DNA of 40,461 nucleotides, taken from positions 1-40,461 of the IMG/VR virus record IMGVR_UViG_3300014638_000005; one strand, 5' to 3'. Source of the stretch: a virus (lineage: Duplodnaviria > Caudoviricetes). A program made the position numbers and the translations under genes. The notes under the pieces are model-generated. The model saw nothing but the letters and a program-made list of their open reading frames with translations. It did no database searches and was not told where the DNA came from. This document shows positions 16,628 to 23,733 of this stretch, piece after piece. Position 1 is the stretch's first letter, and each line of letters starts with the position of its first letter.

Positions 16628-19446
16628 CCGACGGCTTCCATCAACTCGTGGCGGCGGTGCCCGGTGGGTTCGACGTGCTCGTCGGGAGGCGGCCGCCGGA
16701 TCGGACGGTTCTCAAGCCGCGCCAGTTCCCCGCGCGACCAAGCCTCCCAAGCGTCGAAGTCGACGCCCAACTCCGCCGCGCGTTTCTTCTCCGCAGGGAT
16801 GCCGCCGTGCTCGTGCGCGTGGTCGTAGATCGCGACCCGCTCCGCTTCGTTCGGCTGGCGGCCGTACATCTCGACGAACGCCTTGACCATCTTCATCATC
16901 AAGAGCCACTCGCCGCTTTCGTGCGCCCACCCGAGGTCGGCCGGGTCGAAAGTCTTGTCCTTGATCGTCACCGTCCGCGGCAGCGTCCGGTCGGCGTAGA
17001 GCCGGTCGCAGTTCTTGGAGACGACGAACATCCACTGGACGTCGTGGTCGCGATCGACGGGGACGGGGATGCTTGTTTCACGTGAAACCTTTTCCGGCTG
17101 CCCGATCTCGAACAGCCGGCAATGTCCGTGCGCGCTGATCTCGCCCCGAACCGCCGTGCACCCGTTGCCGTGCGTCCCGGCGTTGACCCGCAGGAACATC
17201 GTGCACCGCTGGCAGCGGGTGATCCGGTTCGGCCACGTCGCGATGTAGTTTGCTTCCGCCTGGCCAAATCGGTCCCCGACGGAGCCGAGGCGGTCATCCC
17301 AGAACTCCCGGAGCCGCGACGGCACCGGCAGGCCGAGCATGGCGCGGGCGTAGCTCTCAGCGAAAACCTCCGATGCCAAGCCGCTGTCGATCTTCCCGGT
17401 GCGTTTGAATTCCGCGAGATGTACCGGATTTGCAATGGATTCGAACGAGGACAGGTCGTCCAAATGGCGGGTTTTGAATTCCCCGAAACTCTGCGGGTCG
17501 ATCTGCTCGCCGCGATGCCCGGCCTCGTGAAGCAGCGTCTCGACCTTCTCGGTTTCGGACAGGTCCTCGAACGAGGGGTGAAGCACGATCTGGTCGCGCT
17601 CCTCGTCGTACTCCGAGTGCCATTCGCTCTCCCCCGGCACCGGCGCAATCCGCTTCAGCCCGTCGAAGTACCGCATGAGATCGCACCGCTCCGCCGTCGC
17701 CAGCGCGGCCTCCGCGCGCGGGCCGAGGCTGTCGCGCTGCGCGATTTGAACCTCCGCCGAATCGGCGCGCGCCGTCCGGGCCGACCGGACCTCCTCCATC
17801 CCCTGAACGCGTGCGAGCGCAGCCTTGCCCTTCGCCGTCAGCATCGAGTCGGGTAAGTCGCGGAGGTTGAACAGCCACGTTATATAGCAACGGCAATTAT
17901 GCGCTATAATGCCATCGGCAATATACCAGCCCGATTCGGTTTGGAGATTGTAGACATGGCCCGCCCATTGCCGCCGTTCGACCTTGACGACGCGCGTCGC
18001 TCGTACCTTGAAGGGGAAAGCCTCCTGAGCCTGTCCAAACGATTGGGCATCTCGCGCGGCGCCTTGGCTCATCATCTCGACGTACCGCTGCGGAACGGCT
18101 CGGAAGCCAACGTGATCCGCATGGCGCGCGAAGGCGAAGACGGCCGGCGCAAGCTGGTCGAGGCCGCGCATAAGGCCCGCACCGGCAGCAAGGCTTCGCT
18201 TGAGGAAAAGCTCAACCGCGCGAACGCCCGCGGCAACAATCGCGGGCATGGGGAAGCCGAATTGCTTGCGGCTCTCCAGCCCGTCCCGACCGATGCCGAA
18301 CGCATGTTTTGGCCGACGCCCGAAAGTCAGTACCCTTGCGGCGTCTACAATATCGACATCGCCGTCCGAACCGTCGCCGTGGAATTGATGAAGTTGCCCG
18401 TCTCGGGTCGACTGAACTCCCCCGCATTCTTGGAGCGCGCTAAATATCTCCGAAATGAAGGGTATTGCGTTATCATCGTTCTTTTCAAAAGCGTCGAAAT
18501 GCTGCTCGGCAGTCTCGATCACATAGTCGCCTTCATTGAGCGTGCCGATTGCGAGCCAGCCGTGCACGGTAAGGATTGGATGATTCGGTGTGGCGCGGAG
18601 TTTTCGTCCACTCGCGGTCTGCAGAATCACGAGCGGGCCGGAAAAATAACGCCGGTACGCTTTTTCCACACCGTCAGCGAATGGTATCCGTGAGTCACCG
18701 GGGAAGCAGAAAGGCTCCTGGCCCACCGCCGTCACCTCGTCGTAGTAGCCGAGGCGTCCCTTTTTGACGTAGCCAGCGCGGTGCGCCCACGAATCGCGGA
18801 CGAGATACGGTTCGCCGCCGTTCTCCCGGTAGTCCCGCTCCTTGTGGTCCTCGCGGTAGTCGTAGCCTGCCTGCCGGTAGTGGCTGTTCCACTTCCCCGC
18901 TATCGCGCCGCCGTCGGACGCGACGATCTCCGATATGGCCGCCGTTAGTTTATGGCCTTGGTCGATCAAAACGCGCCGCTCTTCGAAGGGAAGCTGCGCG
19001 AGCGACTTGCGGACGTTCTCCTTGACCTCCCGGCGAGATTCGCCGGACACGCCGCCTGGCGGGATCGAGGTCGACCAGCCTTGGAACCGCTGCAACGTCT
19101 TGTCGATCGCCTGCGCGCGGTTGAGCTTGATGAGGTTCGCCGAGGCCAGGATGCGGCGGTCCAGCTCGTTCCGGAGCTGCGGCTTGATCTTATCGAGCGT
19201 GAAGCGTTCGACGCCGGGGACATAGCGAATGACGCCGCCCCGGTCGACCATCTTCCGGTAGATCGCCGCCAGCCCGTCACGGAGCTGCTGCTCGAGCGAC
19301 GCCGCGGAAATCAGCGACCGCTCGGCCGCCAGCCGGAGTTCGCGCATCCAGCGCTCGACCCGCTCTGCGCTGTCATAGCCGTGCTCAACCAGATCGGCGA
19401 TAGCGGCCGCAAGGACTTCTTGGAACGATTGCTGCGGTTTTGGCAC
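16624..19446 (-). CDS. MuF/SPP1 gp7-like head morphogenesis protein with intein and C-terminal zincin-like, HiPIP-like and additional domains
   Basis: Follows the portal region; YREDHKERD and spliced GQEPF/CRC MuF motif; LLHEAGH...EVFAE; CxxC..C..GxISxxGxC. Confidence 0.85.
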   Translation of the reverse strand: MPKPQQSFQEVLAAAIADLVEHGYDSAERVERWMRELRLAAERSLISAASLEQQLRDGLAAIYRKMVDRGGVIRYVPGVERFTLDKIKPQLRNELDRRILASANLIKLNRAQAIDKTLQRFQGWSTSIPPGGVSGESRREVKENVRKSLAQLPFEERRVLIDQGHKLTAAISEIVASDGGAIAGKWNSHYRQAGYDYREDHKERDYRENGGEPYLVRDSWAHRAGYVKKGRLGYYDEVTAVGQEPFCFPGDSRIPFADGVEKAYRRYFSGPLVILQTASGRKLRATPNHPILTVHGWLAIGTLNEGDYVIETAEQHFDAFEKNDDNAIPFISEIFSALQECGGVQSTRDGQLHQFHGDGSDGDVDIVDAARVLTFGRRPKHAFGIGRDGLESRKQFGFPMPAIVAAGVRAVELFLKRSLAAGAGLMRGLDQLAPAVFAFARHADHVGFRAVPQRYVEMMSQGAARDAQSFGQAQEAFPFKVRATRVVKVERRQWAGHVYNLQTESGWYIADGIIAHNCRCYITWLFNLRDLPDSMLTAKGKAALARVQGMEEVRSARTARADSAEVQIAQRDSLGPRAEAALATAERCDLMRYFDGLKRIAPVPGESEWHSEYDEERDQIVLHPSFEDLSETEKVETLLHEAGHRGEQIDPQSFGEFKTRHLDDLSSFESIANPVHLAEFKRTGKIDSGLASEVFAESYARAMLGLPVPSRLREFWDDRLGSVGDRFGQAEANYIATWPNRITRCQRCTMFLRVNAGTHGNGCTAVRGEISAHGHCRLFEIGQPEKVSRETSIPVPVDRDHDVQWMFVVSKNCDRLYADRTLPRTVTIKDKTFDPADLGWAHESGEWLLMMKMVKAFVEMYGRQPNEAERVAIYDHAHEHGGIPAEKKRAAELGVDFDAWEAWSRGELARLENRPIRRPPPDEHVEPTGHRRHELMEAVG
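17074..17089. promoter_or_regulatory. parS-like palindrome TGTTTCACGTGAAACC
   Basis: 15/16 match to the bacterial parS consensus TGTTTCACGTGAAACA. Confidence 0.6.
17896..18708 (-). mobile_element. Intein (271 aa, Cys247-Asn517 of MuF)
   Basis: Block A CFPGDSRI; block B LRATPNHPILTVHGW..IGTLNEGD; block F VYNLQTESGWYIADG; block G IIAHN followed by +1 Cys. Confidence 0.92.
17956..18693 (+). CDS. HTH + Vsr/DUF559-like (PD-(D/E)XK) endonuclease encoded antisense within the intein
   Basis: GGAG SD at 17943; HTH YLEGESLLSLSKRLGISRGALAHHL; GEAELLAAL, QYPCGVYNIDIAV..VAVE, ERAKYLRNEGYCVIIV; sense-like codon usage on the + strand. Confidence 0.75.
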   Translation: MARPLPPFDLDDARRSYLEGESLLSLSKRLGISRGALAHHLDVPLRNGSEANVIRMAREGEDGRRKLVEAAHKARTGSKASLEEKLNRANARGNNRGHGEAELLAALQPVPTDAERMFWPTPESQYPCGVYNIDIAVRTVAVELMKLPVSGRLNSPAFLERAKYLRNEGYCVIIVLFKSVEMLLGSLDHIVAFIERADCEPAVHGKDWMIRCGAEFSSTRGLQNHERAGKITPVRFFHTVSEWYP

Positions 19447-19447
19447 G

Positions 19448-19636
19448 TCAGGCCTTTTCCTTCCGCTTCGGAGGATACATCGGCGGCTCCGCCTCAGCGA
19501 AGAGGACCGCCCAACCCTTGAGCGTCAACACCCACCGCCCGTTGTCAACCTTGACGTAGCCGTCGACGGCGAGCTTCACGATCCGCTCCGATATTTTGAG
19601 GGTAATTGGATCGTCGCCCTTGCCGGGCGCGCTCAC
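19448..19636 (-). CDS. Small hypothetical protein (wHTH-like fragment)
   Basis: KLAVDGYV...WVLTLKG; coupled overlaps. Confidence 0.5.
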   Translation of the reverse strand: MSAPGKGDDPITLKISERIVKLAVDGYVKVDNGRWVLTLKGWAVLFAEAEPPMYPPKRKEKA

Positions 19637-19905
19637 GGTAAAGACGCAATTACGCCGAAAATTGGCGATTTCATCCCGCGCATCCCGCGAATAGTGACAA
19701 GATCGCCGACCTGCAATCGCGTCGGCCTCGCCCGTTCCTGCGCGTCCCAGACCCAGGAGAGCGCGGCGATAACGGCACGCTCAGCGTTGGCTTTCATGTT
19801 TTCCGGCCACCACTGGCCCTGCTCAAAAACGCTTACGTCGCGAGCGTGCTTTAGTGCTTTTTGGCAATCCCGCAGATGCGCCCGCGCCTGTTCGAGTTCG
19901 GTCAT
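19633..19905 (-). CDS. Hypothetical protein
   Basis: CAACAGGGAG SD; coupled to next gene. Confidence 0.6.
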   Translation of the reverse strand: MTELEQARAHLRDCQKALKHARDVSVFEQGQWWPENMKANAERAVIAALSWVWDAQERARPTRLQVGDLVTIRGMRGMKSPIFGVIASLP

Positions 19906-19933
19906 AGCGATTCTCCCTGTTGACTGCGCCAGC

Positions 19934-20155
19934 CTAGCGTCGGCCGGAGGAGGTTTCCAGCGGCTCAGTGATCCGCTTACCGCCTAAAAGTTCGGCGATG
20001 CGGGTGCATTCTTCGACCATGTCCTCATGGTCATCAACGCCGAGGATTTCGACCTCATCTCCTTCAGCGTGCGCGACGAGATCGAGTTCGTCTTCGACCC
20101 CAAGCCCCCAAGCAAAGGACTCAGCTATATCATGGGTTGGAAATTTGAATTTCAT
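19934..20155 (-). CDS. Small acidic hypothetical protein
   Basis: ATGA overlap with the HTH gene; GAGG SD. Confidence 0.55.
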   Translation of the reverse strand: MKFKFPTHDIAESFAWGLGVEDELDLVAHAEGDEVEILGVDDHEDMVEECTRIAELLGGKRITEPLETSSGRR

Positions 20156-20349
20156 GGCGATGCCGCCTCAATATCCTCGCGCGTGATCCTACCAGAAAGC
20201 ATAAGGCGCAACAAAATCGCGGCGGTTCCATCAACGCCATTCTGCGCCCAACGCCGTCCTGTGCGCTGTCCGATCCTGAATAGTCGAGCCGCCCCAGCTT
20301 GCGTAAGGCCGAGGCGCTCTAGCGCGGCGCGGTATTGAGCGGCGGTCAT
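20152..20349 (-). CDS. Small XRE/Cro-type HTH regulator
   Basis: MTAAQYRAALERLGLTQAGAARLFRIGQRTGRRWAQ. Confidence 0.8.
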   Translation of the reverse strand: MTAAQYRAALERLGLTQAGAARLFRIGQRTGRRWAQNGVDGTAAILLRLMLSGRITREDIEAASP

Positions 20350-20573
20350 GGGATCGCACCGCAGCAAGCTCCACAGATGCCCCCCGGTCGACCGCGACGA
20401 CCATCAGTCCAACGGCCGCCCTTCATGGGCCATCTTTCACTACCTTCCCATTTAGCCTCTCCAACACACTTGCAAACATGATTCCGAACAAACGTTTCGC
20501 CACCATTAGGAAGCTGATGCGGCCGGAAAAGCGACTTTGGCCAAACGACATGACGCGGATTGAATATGGGCAT
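20346..20573 (-). CDS. Cys-rich hypothetical protein
   Basis: CxC and CxxC motifs; ATGA overlap. Confidence 0.45.
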   Translation of the reverse strand: MPIFNPRHVVWPKSLFRPHQLPNGGETFVRNHVCKCVGEAKWEGSERWPMKGGRWTDGRRGRPGGICGACCGAIP

Positions 20574-20666
20574 GGCGGTTATAATTCAATTCTCATAAGA
20601 GGAGCGCCAGCCAACACGGTTGCGAACCGCCACACATGAGGAAGCCTTGATCAAGTGCTTCGTTGG

Positions 20667-20858
20667 CTAGCGTTTTCTTTCATGGAATTTGAGCCCCTTG
20701 CTGGCAAGTCGAAGACGATGGCAGAGAGATAACCAAAGTTTTGCCTGTGCAAGAGTATCGTAATTGAAGTTAACTTTTGTTCCGTTTTCCTCGCACTCGT
20801 CGGCCATAGTCTCAAGCATCTTCGCAAGCGATTTGACGTGTTCGTCATCCAGCGGCAT
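20667..20858 (-). CDS. Hypothetical protein
   Basis: TAATG coupling with upstream gene; GGAGG SD. Confidence 0.5.
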   Translation of the reverse strand: MPLDDEHVKSLAKMLETMADECEENGTKVNFNYDTLAQAKLWLSLCHRLRLASKGLKFHERKR

Positions 20859-21127
20859 TACGCGGCCCTCCGCTGCTCGCACCACATCGCGTACCAATCG
20901 ACCGGCAACTGAACGGCAGTGTGGTAGCAATCGCCAGTTCCGAAATCGAAGCAGACGTTCCAAGAATGGCCGAGACGCTCAGCGGCGAACTTTTCGCCGT
21001 TCGGCGAGCAGGAACCGTCGCCGTAGACCGCGACCGCAGCCGGGTCGATGTTGCGGTTCAGATCGGCGCAAACGCGCGAAACAAACTCGATCTGCGAAGC
21101 GGTGAGGGCGGAGAAGGAGAGGGCCAT
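20858..21127 (-). CDS. Hypothetical protein, first gene of a moron-like operon
   Basis: TAGGAGG SD; own upstream promoter. Confidence 0.65.
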   Translation of the reverse strand: MALSFSALTASQIEFVSRVCADLNRNIDPAAVAVYGDGSCSPNGEKFAAERLGHSWNVCFDFGTGDCYHTAVQLPVDWYAMWCEQRRAA

Positions 21128-21174
21128 TTGGGCCTCCTAAGTTCGCCGGGCACCATTGCCCTTGCGATGACGGG

Positions 21175-21213
21175 AATATAGGCCACAATGGCCTAATAGG
21201 TCAATATGGCCTA
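21175..21213 (-). promoter_or_regulatory. Sigma70-type promoter (TTGACC-N18-TATATT) overlapped by two 17-bp palindromic operators
   Basis: TAGGCCACAATGGCCTA (21179-21195) and TAGGTCAATATGGCCTA (21197-21213). Confidence 0.7.
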
Positions 21214-21257
21214 GATAGAATAATCGTTTTATATTCGGCCGTTCCGGGAAAATTATT

Positions 21258-22820
21258 CTAGTGCGGCGGCGCCAGCGCCTTGATGTGACCATTGGCCTTT
21301 GGGAGGCCATCGGGGCGCTGGCCCATCATCGTCACGAGGTCGTCGAGTTCCTCGTTCGACAGCTTCCGCATGACGCGCCGCCGTACCGCCCGCCCCTCCG
21401 CCGAATCGGTCGCCGCGAACGGCTTCGGCTGATTCGGCTCCTCCAGAGGCACCGGCGGCTCGTAGTTCCGCAGCGCCTCAAGGTCCAGCTCCAGCGGCTC
21501 CTGGAACATGAGCTTATTGGTGTTGACGTTGTCCTGCGCCCACCCGATCAGCGTCGCCTTATTCTCCGGGTCGAGCATCGGGCCGAAGACCTCGACCGTC
21601 GCGATGATCGCCTTCAGTTTGACGTCGTCGGTCTTGACCTTCTCCGAGTCCGGCTCGGTGAGCAGGCTCGGCCACTGCGCCACGAAGGATTTCTGCCACT
21701 CGAAGAACGCGGTCTCGTAGGGCACTGACCCGTACTGCTCGGGGAACTCCTTCTGGATCGAGGCATAGAAGTCCGGGTTCCAGGCCCGGTGCATCGTGAT
21801 CCGGTCCATGAAGGCGTAGACCTTGCGGATCGTCTTGCGGTAGCCCTCGACGAAGCCGGCTACCATCTTCGCGTCCTCGGTGCCCTCCCCGAAGCCCTCC
21901 GCGAACGTCTCCTGCTTCAACAGAATCGCCGGCATATCGACCGCCGTCGCGATGTTCTCCAACACGTCCTGCCGCGCCATGCCGAACGCCTTGTCGAGGT
22001 TCTGCATGTTCAGCGTCTCGACGTCCTCGTCCTTGCCGACCGAGATCACGTTGCCGTTCGTCGCGATCTTGATGAAGAACCGCTTGAGAGCGGCCATCCC
22101 CTGCATGACCTGGTCGATGATTGCCCCAGCGGCGCCGATCTTCAGGATGAACACCCCGGCCTTCCGGGTCACGAGGTCGTCGGTGACCATCGTCTGCACG
22201 AATGATTTCAGCGGGAACAGCGCCCTTTGGAACACCGACCGGCCGACGAAGCCGAACGCCGACGTCGTATAGGCGATGTAGACCGGGCGCTCGTTCATCA
22301 GCGTAATTGAACGAGAACGGTGGAACGGCCGCCCCGATACTGCGATGGTCGTGACCTTCATGAAGTCGATGGCGTTCGGGTCCTGGTTCAGAACCAGCGA
22401 GCCGGCGGTGTTCAGCGGGTCGAAGACCGAGAACGAGATGCTCTGCTTCCAGAGCTTCTTCCAATCGATCTGAACGTCATCGTCGACGTCCTTGATCTTC
22501 AGCCCTATTGATCCGATCCCGTAGGCGCGCGCGACGGCGCAAAGGTTGTAGATTACGTCGTCGCAGTTGTCGTCCTCCCACTGCTGCTGAAACTGCTCCT
22601 TGCAGCGGTCCTCCGGCCCGTCCGGGATGCTGATCTCACGCGGCTGCGATTGCGCCATCGTGATCGGGCCTTCGACGATTTTTCGACCCAAAACGTGATA
22701 AAGCCAGACGATTTTACAAAGTTCATAACTGGGGGTATCACCGGGCTCGATGTCCTCGGCCATCAATATCTCGGTCAACGCATTGCCGAGTCCAGAACCG
22801 TTGATGTCTATTTCGGCCAT
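21258..22820 (-). CDS. Portal protein (DUF1073-type)
   Basis: 520 aa after TerL; ARAYGIG, FDPLNTAGS, FHRSR, GRSVFQR, GFGEGTED motifs. Confidence 0.85.
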   Translation of the reverse strand: MAEIDINGSGLGNALTEILMAEDIEPGDTPSYELCKIVWLYHVLGRKIVEGPITMAQSQPREISIPDGPEDRCKEQFQQQWEDDNCDDVIYNLCAVARAYGIGSIGLKIKDVDDDVQIDWKKLWKQSISFSVFDPLNTAGSLVLNQDPNAIDFMKVTTIAVSGRPFHRSRSITLMNERPVYIAYTTSAFGFVGRSVFQRALFPLKSFVQTMVTDDLVTRKAGVFILKIGAAGAIIDQVMQGMAALKRFFIKIATNGNVISVGKDEDVETLNMQNLDKAFGMARQDVLENIATAVDMPAILLKQETFAEGFGEGTEDAKMVAGFVEGYRKTIRKVYAFMDRITMHRAWNPDFYASIQKEFPEQYGSVPYETAFFEWQKSFVAQWPSLLTEPDSEKVKTDDVKLKAIIATVEVFGPMLDPENKATLIGWAQDNVNTNKLMFQEPLELDLEALRNYEPPVPLEEPNQPKPFAATDSAEGRAVRRRVMRKLSNEELDDLVTMMGQRPDGLPKANGHIKALAPPH

Positions 22821-22824
22821 TCGC

Positions 22825-23223
22825 TCAGCGCCTCAAATCCGGCCCCGGCTGCGCCGTCATGGTGCCGCCCATCTGCAGGATCGAGACCTTCGCCATGCCG
22901 TCCTCGAAGGCCCTCTTGAAGTCCGCGCGCGCCTTGACGGTCGTCTCCAGTGGGTTCCCCTGGATCGAGACCGCCAGGAGCTTGCCGCAGGCGAACGCGA
23001 TCTTCTGCAGGATGAAGCCGGACGGCACGCCGGGGCAGGAGACGAGGAGGCCGCGCACCGTCACGCCGACGGCCTGGGCGATGGACGTCTCGATGATCTG
23101 CGTCGCGCTCATCGGCGCCTGCTGGACCGGCGCCGGCGCTTCGTTGACGTCGATCGACGGCAGCTCCTCGGCGATAGGAAGATCGTCGGCGACGGCGGCT
23201 CCGTTCATCGGCTTGTCGGTCAT
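22825..23223 (-). CDS. Hypothetical protein
   Basis: CAACAGGGAGAG SD; phage-like codon bias. Confidence 0.65.
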   Translation of the reverse strand: MTDKPMNGAAVADDLPIAEELPSIDVNEAPAPVQQAPMSATQIIETSIAQAVGVTVRGLLVSCPGVPSGFILQKIAFACGKLLAVSIQGNPLETTVKARADFKRAFEDGMAKVSILQMGGTMTAQPGPDLRR

Positions 23224-23241
23224 GATCTCTCTCCCTGTTGC

Positions 23242-23385
23242 TCAGAACGGCCGGCGCCGGCGGGCTTGGTTGACCAGCCGCCGCCCGGCGATCTCCGCCC
23301 GGCTCGGCGCCTTGCCCCAGAAGATCAGCGCCCAGATCACCCATATCGCGGCGAGGATGAAGATCGCGAACAGCGTCGTCCACAT
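23242..23385 (-). CDS. Small single-TM protein (47 aa; not in the ORF track)
   Basis: MWTTLFAIFILAAIWVIWALIFWGKAPSR...; TGATG-coupled to the orphaned terL 3' copy. Confidence 0.6.
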   Translation of the reverse strand: MWTTLFAIFILAAIWVIWALIFWGKAPSRAEIAGRRLVNQARRRRPF

Positions 23386-23441
23386 CAGAAGCCCTCCGCA
23401 TTGCCGAACGCCACCGCCGCGACACCATACGCAAAATGATC
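23385..23441 (-). pseudogene. Orphaned duplicate of the terL 3' end (DHFAYGVAAVAFGNAEGF*)
   Basis: Last 11 residues identical to the TerL C-terminus but with different, GC-rich codons. Confidence 0.8.
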
Positions 23442-23442
23442 T

Positions 23443-23733
23443 ATGATCGCGACCATGAAAATAGTCTCATATCGAGAAGCGAAAGAACGCGGCCTCAAGT
23501 TCTACTTTACCGGAGAGCCCTGTCCGCATGGACACGTTAGGCCACGCTACGTCAGCTCCTACACTTGCGTCGGTTGCCATGAAGCTATCATGGCGGCAAA
23601 GCGCCAGCAAACGAGGGCGCGAAAGGGCTCTAATTCACGCGACAATATCCAGCTAACGTGCATATCCTGTAATCTTAGAAAATCTAGCAAAGACCCCATT
23701 GCATTTGCCCAAGAACTCGGAAGGCTTCTTTAG
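23443..23733 (+). mobile_element. Internally deleted HNH endonuclease (Zn-finger N-terminus + HNH C-terminal half)
   Basis: REAKERGLKFYFTGEPCPHGH..RY..CVGC; GSNSRDNIQLTCISCNLRK; the upstream DH motif is absent; AT-rich. Confidence 0.75.

Noticed and set aside
22808-23434. 208-aa ORF between HNH and portal
   Set aside because: Better explained by the orphan terL end, a 47-aa TM gene and 22825-23223
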